NCBI GenBank assembly: GCA_002269645.1
Contig: NIVC01001540.1
Coordinates: 1 to 64,000, forward strand
Direction of reading: 5' to 3'
Source: Macrostomum lignano
Taxonomy: Eukaryota
DNA: 64,000 nt
This document shows positions 45,448 to 57,400 of the stretch, piece by piece. Made by a program: the position numbers and the translations under genes. The notes under the pieces were generated by a model. The model saw only the letters and a program-made list of their open reading frames with translations, searched no databases and was not told where the DNA came from. Each line of letters opens with the position of its first letter. Position 1 is the stretch's first letter.

Positions 45448-48400
45448 ATGCCAACCACCCCCCCCCCTCAGCCAATTTTGTAACTGCTTTTGCTGTCGTT
45501 CTGTGCTTGCTGGGTTCGGCGACCGCCTACAGGCAGCTCATGCGGACTGGCAAGTGTGAGTATCCCGATTCTCCCTAAATCCCGATTCTCCCTAAATCCC
45601 GATTCTCCCTAAATCCTGATCCCTCCCTAAATCCCGATTGTTCCTAAATCCCGATTCTCCCTAAATCCCGATTCTCCCTAAATCCCGATTCTCCCTAAAT
45701 CCTGATCCCTCCCTAAATCCCGATTGTTCCTAAATCCCGATTCTCCCTAAATCCCGATTCTCCCTACATTCCGATTCTCCCTAAATCCTGATCCCTCCCT
45801 AAATCCCGATTGTTCCTAAATCCCGATTCTCTCTAAATCCCGATTCTCCCTACATCCCGATTCTCCCTAAATCCCGATTCTCTCTAAATCCCGATTCTCC
45901 CTAAATCCCGATTCTCCCTAAATCCTGATCCCTCCCTAAATCCCGATTCTCCCTAAATTCCGATTCTCTCTAAATCCCGATTCTCCCTACATCCCGATTC
46001 TCCCTAAATCCCGATTCTCTCTAAATCCCGATTCTCTCTAAATCCCGATTCTCTCTAAATCCCGATTCTCCCTAAATCCCGATTCTCCCTAAATCCCGAT
46101 TCTCCCTAAATCCCGATTCTCCCTACATCCCGATTCTCTCTAAATCCCGATTCTCTCTAAATCCCGATTCTCTCTAAATCCCGATTCTCCCTAAATCCCG
46201 ATTCTCCCTACATCCCGATTCTCCCTAAATCCCGATTCTCTCTAAATCCCGATTCTCTCTAAATCCCGATTCTCCCTAAATCCCGATTCTCTCTAAATCC
46301 CGATTCTCTCTAAATCCCGATTCTCTCTAAATCCCGATTCTCCCTAAATCCCGATTCTCCCTAAATCCCGATTCTCTCTAAATCCCGATTCTCCCTAAAT
46401 CCCGATTCTCTCTAAATCCCGATTCTCCCTACATCCCGATTCTCTCTAAATCCCGATTCTCCCTACATCCCGATTCTCCCTAAATCCCGATTCTCTCTAA
46501 ATCCCGATTCTCCCTAAATCCCGATTCTCCCTAAATCCCGATTCTCCCTAAATCCCGATTCTCCCTAAATCCCGATTCTCCCTAAATCCCGATTCTCCCT
46601 AAATCCCGATTCTCCCTAAATCCTGATCCCTCCCTAAATCCCGATTCTCCCTAAATCCCGATTCTCTCTAAATCCCGATTCTCCCTACATCCCGATTCTC
46701 CCTAAATCCCGATTCTCCCTAAATCCCGATTCTCTCTAAATCCCGATTCTCCCTAAATCCCGATTCTCCCTAAATCCCGATTCTCCCTAAATCCCGATTC
46801 TCCCTAAATCCTGATCCCTCCCTAAATCCCGATTGTTCCTAAATCCCGATTCTCCCTAAATCCCGATTCTCTCTAAATCCCGATTCTCCATAAATCCCGA
46901 TTCTCTCTAAATCCCGATTCTCCCTAAATCCCGATTCTCCATAAATCCCGATTCTCTCTAAATCCCGATTCTCCCTAAATCCCGATTCTCCCTAAATCCC
47001 GATTCTCCCTACATCCCGATTCTCTCTAAATCCCGATTCTCCCTAAATCCCGATTCTCTCTAAATCCCGATTCTCCCTAAATCCCGATTCTCTCTAAATC
47101 CCGATTCTCCCTAAATCCCGATTCTCCCTAAATCCCGATTCTCTCTAAATCCCGATTCTCCCTAAATCCCGATTCTCTCTAAATCCCGATTCTCCCTACA
47201 TCCCGATTCTCTCTAAATCCCGATTCTCCCTACATCCCGATTCTCCCTAAATCCCGATTCTCTCTAAATCCCGATTCTCCCTAAATCCCGATTCTCCCTA
47301 AATCCTGATCCCTCCCTAAATCCCGATTCTCCCTAAATCCCGATTCTCCCTACATCCCGATTCTCCCTAAATCCCGATTCTCTCTAAATCCCGATTCTCT
47401 CTAAATCCCGATTCTCTCTAAATCCCGATTCTCCCTAAATCCCGATTCTCCCTAAATCCCGATTCTCCCTAAATCCCGATTCTCCCTAAATCCTGATCCT
47501 CCCTAAATCCCGATTGTTCCTAAATCCCGATTCTCCCTAAATCCCGATTCTCTCTAAATCCCGATTCTCCATAAATCCCGATTCTCTCTAAATCCCGATT
47601 CTCCCTAAATCCCGATTCTCCATAAATCCCGATTCTCTCTAAATCCCGATTCTCCCTAAATCCCGATTCTCCCTAAATCCCGATTCTCCCTACATCCCGA
47701 TTCTCTCTAAATCCCGATTCTCCCTAAATCCCGATTCTCTCTAAATCCCGATTCTCCCTAAATCCCGATTCTCACAAAATCCTGATCCCTCCCTAAATCC
47801 CGATTCTCCCTAAATCCCGATCCTCCCTACATCCCGGATTCTCCCTAAATCCCAATTCTCCCTAAATCCCGATTCTCCCTAAATCCCGATTCTCTCTAAA
47901 TCCCGATTCTCCCTAAATCCCGATTCTCACAAAATCCTGATCCCTCCCTAAATCCCGATTCTCCCTAAATCCCGATTCTCCCTAAATCCCGATTCTCTCT
48001 AAATCCCGATTCTCCCTAAATCCCGATTCTCCCTAAATCCCGATTCTCCCTAAATCCCGATTCTCCCTAAATCCTGATCCCTCCCTAAATCCCGATTGTT
48101 CCTAAATCCCGTATGTCCCTAAATCCCGATTCTCTCTAAATCCCGATTCTCCCTAAATCCCAATTCTTCCTAAATCCAAATTCTTCCTAAATCCCGATTC
48201 TCCCTAAATCCCATTCTTCCTAAATCCAAATTCTTCCTAAATCCCGATTCTCCCTAAATCCCGATTCTCCCTAAATCCCGATTCTCCCTAAATCCTGATC
48301 CCTCCCTAAATCCCGATTGTTCCTAAATCCCGATTCTCCCTAAATCCCGATTCTCTCTAAATCCCGATTCTCTCTAAATCCCGATTGTTCCTAAATCCCG

Positions 48401-51400
48401 ATTCTCCCTAAATCCCGATTCTCTCTAAATCCCGATTCTCCATAAATCCCGATTCTCTCTAAATCCCGATTCTCCCTAAATCCCGATTCTCCATAAATCC
48501 CGATTCTCCCTAAATCCCGATTCTCCCTAAATCCCGATTCTCCCTACATCCCGATTCTCTCTAAATCCCGATTCTCCCTAAATCCCGATTCTCTCTAAAT
48601 CCCGATTCTCCCTAAATCCCGATTCTCTCTAAATCCCGATTCTCCCTAAATCCCGATTCTCCCTAAATCCCGATTCTCTCTAAATCCCGATTCTCCCTAA
48701 ATCCCGATTCTCCCTAAATCCCGATTCTCTCTAAATCCCGATTCTCTCTAAATCCCGATTCTCTCTAAATCCCGATTCTCCCTACATCCCGATTCTCCCT
48801 AAATCCCGATTCTCTCTAAATACCGATTCTCCCTAAATCCCGATTCTCCCTAAATCCTGATCCCTCCCTAAATCCCGATTCTCCCTAAATCCCGATTCTC
48901 CCTACATCCCGATTCTCCCTAAATCCCGATTCTCTCTAAATCCCGATTCTCTCTAAATCCCGATTCTCTCTAAATCCCGATTCTCCCTAAATCCCGATTC
49001 TCCCTAAATCCCGATTCTCCCTAAATCCCGATTCTCCCTAAATCCTGATCCCTCCCTAAATCCCGATTGTTCCTAAATCCCGATTCTCCCTAAATCCCGA
49101 TTCTCTCTAAATCCCGATTCTCCATAAATCCCGATTCTCTCTAAATCCCGATTCTCCCTAAATCCCGATTCTCCATAAATCCCGATTCTCTCTAAATCCC
49201 GATTCTCCCTAAATCCCGATTCTCCCTAAATCCCGATTCTCCCTACATCCCGATTCTCTCTAAATCCCGATTCTCCCTAAATCCCGATTCTCTCTAAATC
49301 CCGATTCTCCCTAAATCCCGATTCTCACAAAATCCTGATCCCTCCCTAAATCCCGATTCTCCCTAAATCCCGATCCTCCCTACATCCCGGATTCTCCCTA
49401 AATCCCAATTCTCCCTAAATCCCGATTCTCCCTAAATCCCGATTCTCCCTACATCCCGATTCTCTCTAAATCCCGATTCTCCCTAAATCCCGATTCTCTC
49501 TAAATCCCGATTCTCCCTAAATCCCGATTCTCACAAAATCCTGATCCCTCTAAATCCCGATTCTCCCTAAATCCCGATTCTCCCTAAATCCCGATTCTCT
49601 CTAAATCCCGATTCTCCCTAAATCCCGATTCTCCCTAAATCCCGATTCTCCCTAAATCCCGATTCTCCCTAAATCCCATTCTCCTAAATCCAAATTCTTC
49701 CTAAATCCCGATTCTCCTAAATCCCGATTCTTCCTAAATCCCAATTCTTCCTAAATCCCGATTCTTCCTAAATCCCGATTCTCCCTAAATCCCGATTCTC
49801 CTAAATCCTGATTCTCCTAAATCCCGATTCTTCCTAAATCCCGATTCTCCCTAAATCCCGATTCTCCCTAAATCCCGATTCTCTCTAAATCCCGATTGTT
49901 CCTAAATCCCGATTCTCCCTAAATCCCGATTCTCTCTAAATCCCGATTCTCCTAAATCCCGATTCTCTCTAAATCCCGATTCTCCCTAAATCCCGATTCT
50001 CTAAATCCCGATTCTCCCTAAATCCCGATTCTCCTAAATCCCGATTCTCCCTAAATCCCGATTCTCTCTAAATCCCGATTCTCCCTAAATCCCGATTCTC
50101 TCTAAATCCCGATTCTCCCTAAATCCCGATTCTCTCTAAATCCCGATTCTCCCTAAATCCCGATTCTCCCTAAATCCCGATTCTCCCTAAATCCCGATTC
50201 TCCCTAAATCCCGATTCTCCCTAAATCCCGATTCTCCCTAAATCCCGATTCTCTCTAAATCCCGATTCTCCTAAATCCCGATTCTCCCTAAATCCCGATT
50301 CTCTCTAAATCCCGATTCTCTCTAAATCCCGATTCTCCTAAATCCCGATTCTCCCTAAATCCCGATTCTCCCTAAATCCCGATTCTCCCTAAATCCCGAT
50401 TCTCCCTAAATCCCGATTCTCCCTAAATCCCGATTCTCTCTAAATCCCGATTCTCTCTAAATCCCGATTCTCTCTAAATCCCGATTCTCCCTAAATCCCG
50501 ATTCTCCTAAATCCCGATTCTCCCTAAATCCCGATTCTCCCTAAATCCCGATCTCCCTAAATCCCGATTCTTCCTAAATCCCGATTCTCCCTAAATCCCG
50601 ATTCTCTCTAAATCCCGATTCTCCCTAAATCCCGATTCTCTCTAAATCCCGATTCTCCCTAAATCCCGATTCTCCATAAATCCCGATTCTCTCTAAATCC
50701 CGATTCTCCCTAAATCCCGATTCTCCCTAAATCCCGATTCTCCCTAAATCCCGATTCTCTCTAAATCCCGATTCTCCCTAAATCCCGATTCTCCCTAAAT
50801 CCCGATTCTCCCTAAATCCCGATTCTCACAAAATCCTGATCCCTCCCTAAATCCCGATTCTCCCTAAATCCCGATTCTCCCTAAATCCCGATTCTCCCTA
50901 AATCCCATTCTCCCTAAATCCCGATTCTCCCTAAATCCCGATTCTCCCTAAATCCCGATTCTCCCTAAATCCCGATTCTCACAAATCCCGATTCTCCCTA
51001 AATCCCGATTCTCCCTAAATCCCGATTCTCCCTAAATCCCGATTCTCTCTAAATCCCGATTCTCCCTAAATCCCGATTCTCTCTAAATCCCGATTCTCCC
51101 TAAATCCCGATTCTCCATAAATCCCGATTCTCTCTAAATCCCGATTCTCCCTAAATCCCGATTCTCCCTAAATCCCGATTCTCCCTAAATCCCGATTCTC
51201 TCTAAATCCCGATTCTCCCTAAATCCCGATTCTCTCTAAATCCCGATTCTCCCTAAATCCCGATTCTCACAAAATCCTGATCCCTCCCTAAATCCCGATT
51301 CTCCCTAAATCCCGATCCTCCCTAATCCCGATTCTCCCTAAATCCCATTCTCCCTAAATCCCGATTCTCCCTAAATCCCGATTCTCTCTAAATCCCGATT

Positions 51401-54400
51401 CTCCCTAAATCCCGATTCTCACAAAATCCTGATCTCCTCTAAATCCCGATTCTCCCTAAATCCCGTATGTCCCTAAATCCCGATTCTCTCTAAATCCCGA
51501 TTCTCCCTAAATCCCAATTCTTCCTAAATCCAAATTCTTCCTAAATCCCAATTCTTCCTAAATCCCGATTCTCCCTAAATCCCATTCTTCCTAAATCCAA
51601 ATTCTTCCTAAATCCCGATTCTCCCTAAATCCCGATTCTCCCTAAATCCCGATTCTCCCTAAATCCCGATTCTCCCTAAATCCAGATTCTCCCTAAATCC
51701 CGATTCTCCCTAAATCCCAATTCTCCCTACATCCCGATTCTCCCTAAATCCCGATTCTCCCTAAATCCCGATTCTCCCTCAATCCCGATTCTCCCTACAT
51801 CCCGATTCTCCCTAAATCCCGATTCTCCCTAAATCCTGATCCCTCCCTAAATCCCGATTGTTCCTAAATCCCGATTCTCCCTAAATCCCGATTCTCTCTA
51901 AATCCCGATTCTCCCTAAATCCCGATTCTCCCTAAATCCCGATTCTCCCTAAATCCCGATTCTCCCTAAATCCCGATTCTCCCTAAATCCCGATTCTCCC
52001 TAAATCCCGATTCTCCCTAAATCCCGATTCTCCCTAAATCCCGATTCTCCCTAAATCCCGATTCTCCCTAAATCCCGATTCTGCCTACATCCCGATTCTC
52101 CATAAATCCCGATTCTCTCTCAATCCCGAATGTCCCTAAATCCCGATTCTTCCCGAATCCCAATTCTTCAAAAATCCCAGTTTTCCCATAAATCTCCCTA
52201 CCGGATCCCGCAGCCGGCCCCGGTGTTGTTGGCAACGACTGTCCCCGTTCGACTCCGTGGCCCTGCAAGAGCGGCCAGTGCCTCTCGTTCGCTTTCATCT
52301 GCGACGGCCGGGCCGACTGCGTCGACGGCTACGACGAGGACAAGGCGCTGTGCACCGCCAGTGAGCAGCCTTCGGCGTTGTTGATTACTCAGCATTTGTC
52401 TATGGCCAAAAGCCCATCTGAGAAGCTGATAAATCCTTATTGAATGCGTAGCCTTCCGAGTATAGAAAAATGGCGAAGGATCTGTTCCAATTGTGGACTT
52501 CTAAAAATAGCATCTGGACTTTGTATTAAAGCATTGGCTTGTTGCCAACAACAGCATCTGCAACTGCGACTTATTGGATGGGGTTGAGTTCCGATATGCT
52601 GGTTGGATAAGGGACGCCACCTGTCCAGGAGCTCTTTTTAGAAGTCCTGTGAACTCAGACTTGAAAACAATCGTAATGACAGTTTTGGGGATTTCAGAAG
52701 ACTTAGGAAGGATTCTGGAAGAACTGGGATTCGGCAAGAATTGGGATTCGGGAAGAATCGGGATTCGGGAAGAATCGGGATTCGGGAAGAATCGGGATTC
52801 GGGAAGAATCGAGATTCGGGAAGAATCGGGATTCGGGAAGAATCGGGATTCGGGAAGAATTGGGATTCGGGAAGAATTGGAATTCGGGAAGAATCGGGAT
52901 TCGGGAAGAATTGGGATTCAGGAAGAATTGGGATTCAGGAAGAATCGGGATTCGGGAAGAATCGGGATTCGGGAAGAATTGGGATTCGGGAAGAATCCTG
53001 ATTCGAGAAGAACTGGGATTCGGAAAGAATTGGGATTCGGGAAGAATCTGGATTCGGGAGACAAACTAATCGAAAGGAATGGAAATCGGGCATCAGACTT
53101 TCCAGTCCAGATGCTATTTTAAAAGTCTTTGCAAGAATGTTAATTTACAGCTGGATACTAGCCATTAGCTGGACTGGTGAACCCAGAGGTGGTCGGGCTT
53201 GGGTAGGGCCCATTTGTTTGCTGGAGTAGGTGGGAATTCTCCCGCTCAGTTTATAGTCAGTCAAACAACTAACTCGACTCCATTAGCCTGATTGAGTCCT
53301 GCAGGTCAGTTGCGCTGCAAATTTATCTGTTTTATTGGGGGCGGCACCGCCCCGGCCCTCTCTGCTTACTTTGTCTCAGGGTGAGATAAAGGGGCTTGTT
53401 CTTCCACTTTTCAATCTCTCAGGGTGAGATTGTGAGACTTCTAACTTCTCAATTTTCAGAATCTTAAGATTCAGAATCTTCTACAATTATATTTAATCTC
53501 ATGGTGAGAGTAGAGATTAACATACAGATTTGCATAGAGATTTATATATAGATTTAAAGAAAGATTGACGTAGAGATTTGCATAGAGATTTGAATAGACT
53601 GACATAGAGATTTGCATAGAGATTGACATAGAGATTTGCATAGAGATTGACATAGAGATTGACATAGAGATTTGAATAGACTGACATAGAGATTTGCATA
53701 GAGATTGACATGGATATTTTCATAGAGATTGACGTAGAGATTTGCATAGAGATTGACATAGAGATTTGCATAGAGATTGACATAGAGATTTGCATAGAGA
53801 TTGACATAGAGATTTTCATAGAGATTGACATAGAGATTTGCATAGACTGACATAGAGATTTGCATAGACTGACATAGAGATTTGCATAGACTGACATAGA
53901 GATTTGCATAGACTGACATAGAGATTTGCATAGACTGACATAGAGATTGACATAGAGATTTGCATAGAGATTGACATAGAGATTTGCATAGAGATTTGCA
54001 TAGAGATTGACATAGAGATTTGCATAGAGATTGACATAGAGATTTGCATAGAGATTGACATAGAGACTGACATAGAGATTTGAATAGACTGACATAGAGA
54101 TTTGCATAGAGATTGACATGGATATTTTCATAGAGATTGACATGGATATTTTCATAGAGATTGACATAAATTTTTTCATAGAGATTGACATAGAGATTTG
54201 CATAGAGATTGACATAGAGATTTGAATAGAGATTGACATAGAGATTTGCATAGAGATTGACATAGAGATTGACATAGAAATTGACATAGAGATTTGCATA
54301 GAGATTGACATAGAGATTTGCATAGAGATTTAAATAGCGATTCACATACAAATTCACATAGATTGACATTTCCTTCATTCTCAGTCTAAGCGGTCACCGC

Positions 54401-57400
54401 TTTTAATTATCAGTTTGAGGAGCTGTGACAGCTACAAATTTCGGGGTGTCAAAAACCTGTGACAGCTCCCGTCACCTGGAGGCGACCGGGTGACAGCCTC
54501 TATAAATTTACCTGTCAACTGGAGATTTGTATTTATCAAGTTGTTTTTTTGTAGTCAAGTCAGTCTAATACTCTGCAGCAGGAAATAATCACACTGGGAA
54601 TAAGTGACGCGCTCTGAGGTCCTCTGCAAAAATGTCAATATATTGAAGCTGACAGCAGCCTGCCTTAGTGTCGCAGGCACTCGAATGGCTTCTGAGCCTC
54701 TTCAACTCCATCAAGGGTTGAAGGATTCAAGAGCGAAGCGGAACTGCGCGAGAATTTTCTGAATTTTCTGAATTTTCTGAATTTAATAATTTCATTTTGA
54801 GATAAAATTGTGTTTGCTCACTGCGTATGAATGTCTTTTGGGATTTGATTTTTCTTTCAAAATCAGTGGATTTAATGCGCCTGCCTCCGAGCAAGCAGAA
54901 GCTCTCTCACGCTGCTTCATTCTCCATGTTCACGCTGCTTCATTCTCCATGTTCACGCTGCTTCATTCTCCATGTTCACGCTCCTTCATTCTTCATGTTC
55001 ACGCTCCTTCATTCTCCATGTTCACGCTGCTTCATTCTTCATGTTCACGCTGCTTCATTCTTCATGTTCACACTCCTTCATTCTTCATGTTCACGCTGCT
55101 TCATTCTTCATGTTCACGCTCCTTCATTCTTCATGTTCACGCTGCTTCATTCTTCATGCTCACATTCCTTCATTCTTCATGTTCACGCTCCTTCATTCTT
55201 CATGTTCACGCTCCTTCATTCTTCATGTTCACGCTGCTTCATTCTTCATGTTCACGCTGCTTCATTCTTCATGTTCACGCTGCTTCATTCTTCATGTTCA
55301 CGCTGCTTCATTCTTCATGTTCACGCTCCTTCATTCTCCATGTTCACGTTTCTTCATTCTTCATGTTGACGCTCCTTTATTCTTCATGTTCACGCTCCTT
55401 CATTCTCCATGTTCACGTTTCTTCATTCTTCATGTTGACGCTCCTTCATTCTTCATGTTCACGCTCCTTCATTCTCCATGTTCACGCTGCTTCATTCTCC
55501 ATGTTCACGCTGCTTCATTCTCCATGTTCACGCTCCTTCATTCTCCATGTTCACGTTCCTTCATTCTCATGTTCACGCTGCTTCATTCTTCATGTTCACG
55601 CTGCTTCATTCTTCATGTTCACACTCCTTCATTCTTCATGTTCACGTTCCTTCATTCTTCATATTCACGCTCCTTCATTCTTCATGTTCACACTCCTTCA
55701 TTCTCCATGTTCACGTTCCTTCATTCTTCATGTTCACGCTCCTTCATTCTTCATGTTCACGCTGCTTCATTCTTCATGTTCACACTCCTTCATTCTTCAT
55801 GTTCACGCTGCTTCATTCTTCATGTTCACGCTGCTTCATTCTTCATGTTCACGCTGCTTCATTCTTCATGTTCACGCTGCTTCATTCTTCATGTTCACGC
55901 TGCTTCATTCTTCACACACACGCACACACGCACACACATCCACACACACGCACACACATGAACTCGCAGTCAAACACATTGCTAGCAGCCCAAAAAAGCC
56001 CAGAAAAAAACACCCGGCACAACCGTAGAAAGCACTACCGAAGCCACCATATACGAACACCCGAAAGCATTAATCACAGCCCGGTCGGGCAAGCAATTCA
56101 TTGGGCAAATGAAAGGTAAAAATGCACGCGGGACACAATATGGACTCCATTGTGGTGGGCGCGCGGCCGAAGCCAAACTTTTGGGACAGAAAAAATGCCC
56201 CATCTAAAAAGGGAGAAGGCGGAAGCCAGCAGCAGCCCCCTGAGCAGTGCTGTGAGAGCATAAACCTATTTTTCGGTAGCGTGGGAAAAGTTCATCGGGC
56301 TGCTCGGCCTGCGCTGTGGGGGTGAAATTTGTCTTTGTAAGATGAATTCTTATCAGGCTGTTCGGACAAAATTTACTATAATAACATATCTGATCAAATA
56401 TTAAAATCAAACATACTCCCACTAGTTCACTCCCTCTATCAGACACTAGTTCACTCCCTCTATCAGACACTAGTTCACTCCCTCTGTCAGACACTAGTTC
56501 ACTCCCTCTATCAGACACTAGTTCACTCCCTCTATCAGACACTAGTTCACTCCCTCTATCAGACACTAGTTCACTCCCTCTGTCAGACACTAGTTCACTC
56601 CCTCTATCAGACACTAGTTCACTCCCTCTATCAGACACTAGTTCACTCCCTCTATCAGACACTAGTTCACTCCCTCTGTCAAACACTAGTTCACTCCCTC
56701 TATCAGACACTAGTTCACTCCCTCTATCAGACACTAGTTCACTCCCTCTATCAGACACTAGTTCACTCCCTCTGTCAGACACTAGTTCACTCCCTCTATC
56801 AGACACTAGTTCACTCCCTCTATCAGACACTAGTTCACTCCCTCTATCAGACACTAGTTCACTCCCTCTATCAGACACTAGTTCACTCCCTCTATCAGAC
56901 ACTAGTTCACTCCCTCTATCAGACACTAGTTCACTCCCTTTGTCAGACACTAGTTCACTCCCTCTATCAGACACTAGTTCACTCCCTCTATCAGACACTA
57001 GTTCACTCCCTCTATCAGACACTAGTTCACTCCCTCTATCAGACACTAGTTCACTCCCTCTATCAGACACTAGTTCACTCCCTCTATCAGACACTAGTTC
57101 ACTCCCTCTATCAGACACTAGTTCACACCCTCTATCAGACACTAGTTCACTCCCTCTATCAGACACTAGTTCACTCCCTCTATCAGACACTAGTTCACTC
57201 CGTCTATCAGACACTAGTTCACTCCCTCTGTCAGACACTAGTTCACTCCCTCTATCAGACACTAGTTCACTCCCTCTATCAGACACTAGTTCACTCCCTC
57301 TATCAGACACTAGTTCACTCCCTCTATCAGACACTAGTTCACCCCAGCACTATTACAGTACTAAACCCTAAATGAGTTTAGTCCACTCTCAAAAGTACAT

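Noticed and set aside
56421-57341. CRISPR-like array or tetO-like synthetic array
   Set aside because: Head-to-tail 24-mers with no unique spacers and no cas genes. Similarity to tetO is limited to the CTCTATCA half and is not palindromic. Eukaryotic intronic context.
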